Part shown: in pieces, positions 20,124-28,900 of the stretch | Layout: each line of letters begins with the position of its first letter | Numbering within the stretch: the stretch's first letter is position 1 | From: Mollicutes bacterium | GTDB taxonomy: Bacteria; Bacillota_I; Bacilli_A; Izemoplasmatales; Izemoplasmataceae | NCBI GenBank assembly: GCA_003559585.1 | Contig: PWKX01000038.1 | Location: 1-29,595, forward strand | Length of the DNA: 29,595 nucleotides | Direction of reading: 5' to 3' | Made by a program: the position numbers and the translations under genes | Notes under the pieces: model-generated | The model's input: the letters and a program-made list of their open reading frames with translations, nothing else | Databases searched by the model: none | Told to the model about the DNA's origin: nothing

Positions 20124-21248
20124 TTAATCTGTTTTAACTGGTAGAATCAACTGTAGCATGTCATCATCGTATTCACCGGTGATGATAAACGGTCTGATTT
20201 CACCTGTAAATTTCACCGTCACTTCACTTGAATTAAAAACGCGTAATGCTTCAAGGATGTATTTTGAGCTGAAGGCGATTTTTAAAGGTGAGCCTTTAAT
20301 CTCATCAACTGGATAAACTTCTTCGAGCACACGGCCGATTTCGGGCGAATTAGAAGAGATTTCAATCACATCGTCCTGTCTAACGTTCAATTTAACAATG
20401 GCGTTTTGACCATCGCGAGAACTTAATAGACTTGCGCGTTCAATCGCAGTAATCAACTGTTCTTTATTAAACTTGATTTGAACAGGAAATTCTTGAGGGA
20501 TTAATTTAGAGGTTTCAGGGTAATTGCCTTCTAATAATCTAGATAAGAATAAAACATTGTTATATTTAAACAGTACACGGTTTTGATCAAAATGCAGTTC
20601 AACATCGTCTTGATTGTTTTCTAATATTTTCATCAATTCTTCTAAACTGCGGCCTGGAATCACGACTTTCATCGCATCATAAGATTCTTCTAAATTAATG
20701 GTTTTTTGACTTAAACGATAAGAATCGGTTGCCACACCTGATAAGTCTTTACCATCAATGGTAAAATGAACCCCTGTTAAGATTGGACGGTTTTCAATAG
20801 TTGAGGTGGCAAATGCTGTTTGACGAATGATGGTTTTTAACGTTCGAACATTAACCTTAACAAACTCTTTTTTCTCATTGAATTTTAAATCAGGATAATC
20901 ATCGAGTTCTAACATATTTAACGTGATGTCAGAGTGATCGGCTTCTATCTTAAGCATGTTGTCTGATGCATGTGATAGTGAAACCGTTTGTCCATCTAGT
21001 TTGCGAATGATTTCGATAAAGTATTTACCAGGGATTAATACTGAACCTGTTTCTTCAATATCCAAACTACCATCTTCTAATAAAATTTTAATAGAAATGT
21101 CTGAATTACTGGTTGTGATGATCACATGGTTATCTTCAACATCAATTTTAATACCTTGCAGCGCTGGGTTTGGGGTTTTGTTTGATAAGGCTTTTTGAGC
21201 AATAAGCAAATGATACAGTAATTTGTCTTTGTTTATCTCAAAACGCAT
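20124..21248 (-). CDS. dnaN: DNA polymerase III beta sliding clamp
   Basis: PALQGI, RPILTGV, VATDSYRL, SRLLEGNYP, C-terminal LILPV; position after dnaA. Confidence 0.97.
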   Translation of the reverse strand: MRFEINKDKLLYHLLIAQKALSNKTPNPALQGIKIDVEDNHVIITTSNSDISIKILLEDGSLDIEETGSVLIPGKYFIEIIRKLDGQTVSLSHASDNMLKIEADHSDITLNMLELDDYPDLKFNEKKEFVKVNVRTLKTIIRQTAFATSTIENRPILTGVHFTIDGKDLSGVATDSYRLSQKTINLEESYDAMKVVIPGRSLEELMKILENNQDDVELHFDQNRVLFKYNNVLFLSRLLEGNYPETSKLIPQEFPVQIKFNKEQLITAIERASLLSSRDGQNAIVKLNVRQDDVIEISSNSPEIGRVLEEVYPVDEIKGSPLKIAFSSKYILEALRVFNSSEVTVKFTGEIRPFIITGEYDDDMLQLILPVKTD

Positions 21249-21259
21249 AAGTTGTCACC

Positions 21260-21389
21260 TCTTAATTAATTAGTATTTTTTAATTATTACTTATTAGTGT
21301 CATGTGTAAATGTGGATAGATTGTCTAATTATTGTTATTATACCATATTAAAGCGTTTTTTTTAATGTATTTACTTAGCTTTCTCCACA
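21260..21389. other. oriC, downstream half: DnaA boxes plus AT-rich unwinding element
   Basis: Boxes TGTGGATAG (21311-21319), degenerate TGTGTAAAT (21303-21311) and TTCTCCACA (21381-21389, inside the dnaA 3' end), next to an almost purely AT tract (21262-21297). Confidence 0.75.
21337..21365 (-). promoter_or_regulatory. Candidate dnaN promoter
   Basis: TTAAAA-17 nt-TATAAT with a TATG extension. Confidence 0.55.
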
Positions 21390-22763
21390 TTTTTTACGTA
21401 ATTTCTCTACATCGATTTTAACGTTGGCATCCATTTGTAAATCATTGTTAATTTTTTCAACTGAATGCATGACGGTTGAATGGTCTCGACCGGAAAAGTA
21501 AGCGCCAATACGTTTATATGGGATTTCGTATAAATCTTTGATTAAATACATGGCGATTTGTCTTGGATATAAGTAAATACGTTTGCGTTTTTTACTGATT
21601 AAATCGTTGGTGGTAATGCTAAAGTAATCACTGGTGACACTTAAGATGTTTTGGATCTTATCTTTAACAAAATCTTTATTGTTCTTTTTAACTTTAACTA
21701 AGTTTTCAAGGGCGGTTTCAGCATTTTTTACGGTAAAATCAAAATCAAAGGCTGTGCAATAAAATAAGACACGTTTTAAAGCACCTTCTAATTCACGGAC
21801 ATTGTTATCAAACACACTAGCAATATACTCGATGACCTTACTGGGCATCATGTTGGTGTCTGATGTTTCTGCCATGAGTTTCTTTTCTAGGATTTTAATT
21901 CTATGTTCTAAATCAGGCCGATTAATATCAACGGTCACACCCCAGGAAAACCGTGAAGTTAAACGCGACATCATATCTTTTAAGTCGGTGGCTTTACGAT
22001 CAGATGTGATGACAATTTGTTTTTGCATGTTGTGGAGTTGTTCGAATAACTTAAAAAACTCTTCTTGTGATTTTTCTTTTTTAGATAAAAACTGAATGTC
22101 ATCAACTAACAAGACATCAACATCGCGGTAAATTTTATGAAACTCGTTATAGCGTTTCTTTGAAGCATATTTTACATAATCTTCCACAAATTGATCAGCC
22201 TTAGCGTACAAAACCTTAGCGTGGATGTTGCCTTCTAAGATATAATTACCCACACACTGCATTAAATGCGTTTTACCAAGCCCAACATCCCCAAAGATGT
22301 ATAATGGGTTGGCGACCACACCTGGTTGATCGGCAACTTTGATGGCACTGGTGTAAGCTAATCGGTTTGAGTTACCGACCACAAAGTTGTTAAACGTGTA
22401 GGAAGGGTTTAAATTAGCATTGAAATACGCTTCATCCATTGACAAGCTATCATCAGGTTGTCTAATATCATAGGTTTGTTCTTGTGATAATTCCTTTTCA
22501 GCTTGTTCTTGGGTAATCAAACGGTATTCATGTTTTTCATCGACATAGTGCTCTAATAATCGATTCATTTTTTTTAAATATAGCATTTCTATGCGTTTTT
22601 TAATAAACTCATCATGCACGATTAAATAGATATAGTTATTTTTCACTTTAAAAACAGAATCCACCGATTCGAAAATTTCATGATATGTGTTAGATTCTAG
22701 TTGCATTTCGAGCTGAGATTTCACATCTTGCCAGATGTCTAATTGTTGTTGTGTATCCTGCAT
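21375..22763 (-). CDS. dnaA: Chromosomal replication initiator DnaA
   Basis: LNPSYTFNNFVVG.SN, NPLYIFGDVGLGKTHL, LLVDDIQF, RLTSRF, NVRELEGAL, PRQIAMYL, GRDHSTV. Start reassigned to MQDTQ after AAGAGGTG. Confidence 0.98.
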   Translation of the reverse strand: MQDTQQQLDIWQDVKSQLEMQLESNTYHEIFESVDSVFKVKNNYIYLIVHDEFIKKRIEMLYLKKMNRLLEHYVDEKHEYRLITQEQAEKELSQEQTYDIRQPDDSLSMDEAYFNANLNPSYTFNNFVVGNSNRLAYTSAIKVADQPGVVANPLYIFGDVGLGKTHLMQCVGNYILEGNIHAKVLYAKADQFVEDYVKYASKKRYNEFHKIYRDVDVLLVDDIQFLSKKEKSQEEFFKLFEQLHNMQKQIVITSDRKATDLKDMMSRLTSRFSWGVTVDINRPDLEHRIKILEKKLMAETSDTNMMPSKVIEYIASVFDNNVRELEGALKRVLFYCTAFDFDFTVKNAETALENLVKVKKNNKDFVKDKIQNILSVTSDYFSITTNDLISKKRKRIYLYPRQIAMYLIKDLYEIPYKRIGAYFSGRDHSTVMHSVEKINNDLQMDANVKIDVEKLRKKCGES

Positions 22764-22789
22764 GAAAATCACCTCTTTATTTCGTGAAT

Positions 22790-22798
22790 ATTTTAGCA
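22790..22798 (-). promoter_or_regulatory. Extended -10 promoter of dnaA
   Basis: TG-C-TAAAAT about 27 nt upstream of the start codon; the -35 is weak. Confidence 0.55.
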
Positions 22799-22837
22799 CA
22801 GTAAATTGTTAATAAAAACCAATATTTATGCACCAAA

Positions 22838-23017
22838 AATGTGGAAAACTTTTTTATCCATAGAGGTTTTACATTTATCCACAATGTCATAAAAACCTTT
22901 ATTAAGGCATATAAAGGACATTAAACATTTCCACATTCTCATGTTTTACCCAAACACACATTTCCACATTGTGAAATGTTAAAACGTGAGAAATTAGCGA
23001 TTATTTCATGTGGAAAA
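22838..23017. other. oriC, upstream half: DnaA box cluster in the dnaA-rpmH intergenic region
   Basis: TGTGGAAAA (22840), TTATCCATA (22854), perfect TTATCCACA (22875), ATTTCCACA (22927 and 22960), TGTGGAAAA (23009), plus weaker boxes at 22946 and 22970. Gene strand bias switches here. Confidence 0.9.
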
Positions 23018-23059
23018 CTAATTTAAATAAGTTCAAAATCAACCGATATAAAATAACGG

Positions 23060-23088
23060 TTGACACAACCAGTCGTTTTATATATAAT
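23060..23088 (+). promoter_or_regulatory. Consensus sigmaA promoter of rpmH
   Basis: TTGACA-17 nt-TATAAT, a perfect consensus. Confidence 0.92.
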
Positions 23089-23127
23089 TTAAAGGCATGG
23101 TTTCAATCTAACTAGGAGGTGTTGATG

Positions 23128-23262
23128 ATGAAAAGAACATATCAACCCAGTAAACGTAAAAAAGCTAAGAAGCACGGATTCCGTCAAAGAATGTCTTCAG
23201 CCGCTGGCCGTCGTGTTTTATCTAGAAGACGTCTTAAAGGTAGAAAACGTCTCGCATCGTAA
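23128..23262 (+). CDS. rpmH: 50S ribosomal protein L34 (not in the ORF track, 44 aa)
   Basis: Manual translation gives [44 protein letters not shown]; AGGAGGT RBS 7 nt upstream. Confidence 0.98.
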   Translation: MKRTYQPSKRKKAKKHGFRQRMSSAAGRRVLSRRRLKGRKRLAS

Positions 23263-23297
23263 ATACAAATAGGATAAAAACCAATCTTAAACCCGTC

Positions 23298-23330
23298 AAA
23301 CACTTGAAAAGATTTTTTCAAGTGTTTTTT
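23298..23330 (+). terminator. Probable terminator/attenuator between rpmH and rnpA
   Basis: 13-bp AT-rich stem AAACACTTGAAAA-gatt-TTTTCAAGTGTTT running into a T6 tract. Confidence 0.65.
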
Positions 23331-23349
23331 ATGTTAAGGAGCATTAGCG

Positions 23350-23676
23350 ATGAAAAAACGTTATCGTATCAAAAATAATGAAACCATCAAATCTATCCTA
23401 AATCATCGTAAATCTTATCATGACGGTACGTTTAGTGTCTTTATCAAGCCAAACGAACACGCTCATTTTCGTTATGGACTTAGCGTTCCTAAAGCTTTTG
23501 GTTCTGCCGTAGAAAGAAACAGAATGAAACGACAATTAAGAATGATCATTGCGGCGATGCCCATCGATAAGGCTTATGATATTTTTATTATCGTCAAGCC
23601 AAAAGCTAAAGCGTTAACGTTTCACGAAATGTCTACTAAACTGCAAAAGCTTATAAAAAAACATAAATTATTCTAG
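23350..23676 (+). CDS. rnpA: RNase P protein component
   Basis: MKKRYRIK, RYGLSVPK..GSAVERNRMKRQLR (RNR motif), DIFIIVK. Confidence 0.94.
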   Translation: MKKRYRIKNNETIKSILNHRKSYHDGTFSVFIKPNEHAHFRYGLSVPKAFGSAVERNRMKRQLRMIIAAMPIDKAYDIFIIVKPKAKALTFHEMSTKLQKLIKKHKLF

Positions 23677-23678
23677 AG

Positions 23679-24602
23679 GTGAAATCAATGTTTAATCAGT
23701 ATCGTAAGTATCTATTAGTTGCCGTTGTCTTAGTATCTGTATTTGTCTTATCAGGCTGTAATGTCGACCATTACGATTATCCAGTTCATGTTGAAGGCTA
23801 TGGTTTTAATTGGGTTCAAGCCATTGTTGGATGGCTTGGTGATTTCTTAATCTTCTTAACTAGAATCACTGGCGGACAATACATTGTCGGACTTTTCTTA
23901 TTAACTTTAATTGTCCGGATTGTGGGATGGCCAATCTATTCAAAATCAACCGCGATGAGTGCTAATATGCAATTAGCACAACCAGACTTAAACAGTCTTA
24001 AAGAGAAGTATCAAAATAAAAAAGACGAAGCATCTCAACGCATGTACCAACAAGAAATGATGCAAATTTATAAAAAGTATAACATCAACCCATTAGGGTG
24101 TTTGTTGCCATTTTTACAAATGCCGATCTTCATTGCCATGTATCAAGTCGTAAGAAGGTTACCTCTTGCTGCGCATCCAGACAGGTATGTAGACACTGAA
24201 AAAGGTATACCAGATTTAAGCCATACAGTCGAAGGCATTAACTTTGAATTCCTATTTATGGACTTTGCAGCGGATACCCCAAGTACATCGAATTTTGATA
24301 TATCACAACATTGGATTAATATTTTATTAGCATTGATTGTTGGTTTAACGATGTATTTTTACCAACAATATGCCATGAAACGACCAAATTACTTAAAAAA
24401 TAAAAACTATCCAAAAACACCCCAACAAATTCAATCAGAAAAAACAATGAAGTTTATGACGTATTTCATGGTTGTGATGCTGACATCGATTGCCTTTACC
24501 AACCTTGGGATTGCATTTTATTGGATCATCGGTAACTTATTCCAGTTTGTTCAAACCTATGTAAACCGCAAAAAAATGCAAAAGAAACTAGAAGAAGCTT
24601 AA
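23679..24602 (+). CDS. yidC: Membrane protein insertase YidC/Oxa1 (lipoprotein signal)
   Basis: GTG start; lipobox LSGC (Cys27); TLIVR (conserved Arg), QP.L..LKEKY, NPLGCLLPFLQMPIF, YWIIGNLFQFVQ. Confidence 0.93.
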   Translation: MKSMFNQYRKYLLVAVVLVSVFVLSGCNVDHYDYPVHVEGYGFNWVQAIVGWLGDFLIFLTRITGGQYIVGLFLLTLIVRIVGWPIYSKSTAMSANMQLAQPDLNSLKEKYQNKKDEASQRMYQQEMMQIYKKYNINPLGCLLPFLQMPIFIAMYQVVRRLPLAAHPDRYVDTEKGIPDLSHTVEGINFEFLFMDFAADTPSTSNFDISQHWINILLALIVGLTMYFYQQYAMKRPNYLKNKNYPKTPQQIQSEKTMKFMTYFMVVMLTSIAFTNLGIAFYWIIGNLFQFVQTYVNRKKMQKKLEEA

Positions 24603-24617
24603 TCAGGAGGTTTAATC

Positions 24618-25235
24618 ATGAAATCAATCACACTTGAGACAAAGACATTAGAAGAAGCTTACACTCAAGCAGAAGATACATTCCGTGTAAACCGTGAATA
24701 CATCACATTTGAAACCAAAGAGATTAAAGGGATGTTTGGTCTTAAGAAGCGTTATGAAGTTAAAGCCTTTATCGATGTTGATTTATTACAACTGGGGTAT
24801 GAAACGCTTCAAAAACTCTTTGATAATATGGGCATTTCCCAAGTAAACATCGAACAATCATCTAAAGAGAAAAATACGTTTGATTATGTCATTGAAACTG
24901 ATCAAAATCCGGTTTTAATTGGGAAAAACGGAAAAACATTGGAAAGCATTCAATTTTATCTACGCAATTTATTGAACATTTTCACCGATGAACGTGTGAT
25001 TGTGTTTGTTGATATTGGTGGGTATAAAGCACATCGTAAAAAACAACTCGAAATTTTAGCAACTAAAACCGCTAAAGAAGTTGCTAAAACTAAAATTGAA
25101 GTTAAACTTGATCCAATGAACGCCTATGAGCGTCGTATTATCCATACCAAACTGGCAGATTGGCGTGATGTGGATACCATCAGCGCAGGCGAGAAACAAA
25201 ACAGACACATCATCATCAAACCAAAAAGAAGATGA
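24618..25235 (+). CDS. jag: RNA-binding protein Jag/KhpB/EloR (Jag_N-KH-R3H)
   Basis: Jag_N KTLEEA...KGMFG, KH LIGKNGKTLESIQ, R3H LDPMNAYERRIIH. Confidence 0.94.
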   Translation: MKSITLETKTLEEAYTQAEDTFRVNREYITFETKEIKGMFGLKKRYEVKAFIDVDLLQLGYETLQKLFDNMGISQVNIEQSSKEKNTFDYVIETDQNPVLIGKNGKTLESIQFYLRNLLNIFTDERVIVFVDIGGYKAHRKKQLEILATKTAKEVAKTKIEVKLDPMNAYERRIIHTKLADWRDVDTISAGEKQNRHIIIKPKRR

Positions 25236-25780
25236 AACTAATCGTTGGACTGGGAAATCCTGGTCGTAAATACGCCAAAACACGCCATAATATCGGTTTT
25301 TTGTGCTTAGAAGCATACGCACATGAGCAAAACGTAACCTTTAAAAGTAAACGCAAGTTTTCCGGTGAGATTGCCGAGGTGAAGGGTGGTCTATTATTAA
25401 AACCTACCACCTACATGAACCTTTCAGGCAACAGCATTCAAAAAGTTGTTAACTTCTATAACATAAAACCTGAAGATATCATGATCATTTATGATGATTT
25501 AGATTTACCCACTGGTAAATTGCGCCTTCGCTACAAAGGTGGGGCTGGTGGTCATAAGGGGATGTTATCGACATTTTCAGTCTTACCAACGACTGAGATT
25601 AAACGCATCCGTTTTGGCATTGGTCGCCATGATAGTCTCGAAGTTAAAGACTATGTGCTTTCTATGTTTTATAAAGAAGAAGGCGACGATGTGATTAAAG
25701 GCATCAACACCGTGAAACGCATCATCGATGATTTTTTATCTGACACCGATTTTTTAACCATCATGAACACATATAACTAA
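25232..25780 (+). CDS. pth: Peptidyl-tRNA hydrolase
   Basis: LIVGLGNPG..YAKTRHNIG, KPTTYMNLSG, YDDLDLP.GKLRLR, GGHKG, RIRFGIGR; ATGA overlap with the jag stop. Confidence 0.96.
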   Translation: MKLIVGLGNPGRKYAKTRHNIGFLCLEAYAHEQNVTFKSKRKFSGEIAEVKGGLLLKPTTYMNLSGNSIQKVVNFYNIKPEDIMIIYDDLDLPTGKLRLRYKGGAGGHKGMLSTFSVLPTTEIKRIRFGIGRHDSLEVKDYVLSMFYKEEGDDVIKGINTVKRIIDDFLSDTDFLTIMNTYN

Positions 25781-25783
25781 GCT

Positions 25784-25840
25784 AAACCTCAGGATCATAA
25801 CCTGTTTTCAAGTATTGAAAACCATGATGCTGAGGTTTTT
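25784..25840 (+). terminator. Long interrupted hairpin, probable terminator after pth
   Basis: Nested stems AAACCTCAG/CTGAGGTTT, ATCAT/ATGAT and TTTTCAA/TTGAAAA ending in a T5 tract. Confidence 0.7.
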
Positions 25841-25842
25841 AC

Positions 25843-25870
25843 TTGAAATATGGTAAGAAATTGCTAAAAT
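25843..25870 (+). promoter_or_regulatory. SigmaA promoter of mfd
   Basis: TTGAAA-16 nt-TAAAAT with a TG extension. Confidence 0.65.
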
Positions 25871-25907
25871 AAATAAGCATGTCTGCGTCATACTTTGGAG
25901 GTTATGT

Positions 25908-28900
25908 ATGGTCCCCTTTCACTCACTTTTATCTAAAAAACAAACCATAGAACGCATCAACCAAGCTTTGAAGCATGAAAGAACGTTTGAAATATCTGAT
26001 ACGTTTCTTTCTCTTAATGCTTGGCTTTTACTCTACATCAAACAGCAAACCAACCGACCACTACTAATCGTTAATCATAATCTTTATCACGCACAAAAAA
26101 CGATGGATATGGTCTCAGCGTTATACCCTAAAACCGTATTATATCCACAAGATGAGTTTATCACCACCGATATGTTGGCCTTAAGTGAAACCTTAAAGCT
26201 ACAACGATTAAATACGATTCAATCGTTAATCGACAACCCCAATCAAATGGTTGTAACCAACCCAAGTGGTTTGCTTAAACATATGTGGCCTAAACACAAA
26301 TTTAAATCGGCCTATCAAACCTTTAAACTCAATCAAGCGATCGACATTGATCGCTTTAAAGCCATGCTTGTCTCACTAGGTTATGAGGCCTCACCAGAAG
26401 TAGAAAAAGTAGGGGATTTCGCCACAAGAGGCTCTTTAATTGATGTGTTTTTAAGCGATGAAGACCATCCAATTAGAATTGATTTCTTTGATACAGACAT
26501 AGATAGTATTCGGCGCTTTGATATAAAAACACAGCGGTCCTTTGAAAAAATCGATGCCTTCACCGTTTTTCCTAGAAACGAGTTTTTCGCCGATGATCAA
26601 ACCATCGATACGATTGAAACCAATGTTCATCACCACCAAGCGTTTCAAACCTTGCCATTAGATGCAAAAACCCGCGTTGAAGAAGAACTTACCATGTTAA
26701 GGCAAACCTCCCAACAAGACCAACTATCACGCTATATGAGCTTTGCGGATACTAAAACCGCAACGATTAAAGATTATTTAGATGACCCTATCATCATTTT
26801 CATTGAATCCGATAAAGTCCAACATTCAGCGCATCATTTAGTTAAAGATTTAGATGCTTGGATGGCAGATAATCATGATTACGCCAAGATGGGCTTTCAG
26901 TTTATGCAAGATATTGATCAACTATATTATACGAAACGCATTGATCTAAACACATTTAAAGCTAAGCACACAAAACATTTCACCATGCCTTTAAGAGCCA
27001 AAGAAACGATGCATTATGAAAACAACATGCATATGTTGTTGAAAGACTTAAAAAAATATGATGGGTATGTCACCGTGTTAATCACCCTCACCGACCAAAA
27101 AAGAATCGAGTCTTTGATAGAATTAGCTGAAAACCATGTTGATATCAAAAGATTGGGTGAGCATGATGAACCGTTTGCCAAAAAAATCAACATTAAGCAA
27201 GGAGAAACCCCGCTTGCTTTCGAATGGTTTGATGTTGAGTTTGTCTTAATGAACGAGGATACCATCTATAAAGAAACCAGTACGAAGAAAAAGAAAAAAC
27301 GTCCAGTGTTTAAAGGCGCTGAAACGGTTAAACAAGCTGAATCGTTAAAAAAAGGTGATTACATTGTTCACTACGATTATGGGATTGGACGCTTTTTAGG
27401 CATTGAAACCAAAGAGGTATCAAAACAGGTGAATGACTATATTGTCATCGCTTATAAAGGGGATGATAAACTATACATTCCTGTGGAAAACGTTCATTTA
27501 ATCCAGCGGTACCAAGCCCATGAAGGCATCAAACCAAAATTAAATAAGATTGGTAGCCCTGAATGGGGTAAAACCAAAACCAAAGTAAGAAAAAAAGCCA
27601 AGGATATTGCTAAAAATCTAATTAAACTCTACGCCGCACGGGAACAAGCCGAAGGCTTTGCTTATTCGAAGGACCAAGATTTGATGCTTGATTTTGAAAC
27701 GGATTTTCCTTATGAAGAAACAACCGATCAAATAGAAGCGATAGATGCGGTAAAAAAAGACATGGAAAAACCGATTCCGATGGACCGGCTTATTTGTGGT
27801 GATGTCGGCTATGGTAAAACAGAAGTAGCATTAAGAGCGGCTTTTAAAGCTACCCTTGATAATAAACAAGTTGTTTATCTTGCCCCAACGACCATTTTAT
27901 CTAGACAACATTACTACACCTTTAAAGAACGCATGGCCAAGCATGGGATTAAAATAGCTTTATTAAACCGGTTTGTGACACCCAAACAACAAAAACATTT
28001 TATTGAAGGCATTAAAACAGGTGATATAGACATCGTCATTGGAACCCACCGTTTGTTATCAAAAGACATTGTATATAAAGATTTAGGGTTGTTAATTGTT
28101 GATGAAGAACAACGCTTTGGGGTAAAACATAAAGAAACGATTAAGACGATGAAATTACACGTTGATGTGTTATCTTTAAGCGCGACTCCAATTCCAAGAA
28201 CGCTGCAAATGGCGATTACCGGGGTTAAAGAGTTGTCTTTAATTGAAACGCCGCCTAAAAATAGGTTTCCGGTGCAAACGTATGTTTTAAGACGTAATGA
28301 CAACGTCATTCAAGATGCGATTGAACGCGAGTTAGGTAGAAACGGTCAAATTTTTTACTTGTATAACCGTGTTGAGGGCATCGAGCGGATGACACGTAAG
28401 TTAAATGCATTGGTTCCCGATGCCCGGATTGCTTATGCACACGGGCAAATGAGTCGGATTGAATTAGAAAATGTGATGCGTGATTTTCTTGATCATCAGT
28501 ATGATGTGTTAGTCTCCACCACCATCATTGAAACCGGTATTGATATACCTAATGCGAATACATTGATTATCCACGATTCTGATTATTTAGGGCTTTCCCA
28601 GTTATATCAGATTAGAGGACGCGTTGGCAGAAGTGATCGCATCGCTTACAGTTATTTAATGTATGAGAACAATAAACAGCTTAACGAAGAAGCGACAAAA
28701 CGCTTGCAAGCCATTAAAGAATTTACAGAACTAGGCAGTGGTTACAAAATTGCATCTAGGGACCTTGCCATTCGTGGGGCTGGTGATTTATTAGGCACAG
28801 AGCAATCTGGTTACATTGATAGTGTTGGGATAGACTTATTCTTAGAAATATTAAAAGAAGAAATTGATAAAGGTAAAGAGAAATCAAGTGTTAAACGAGA

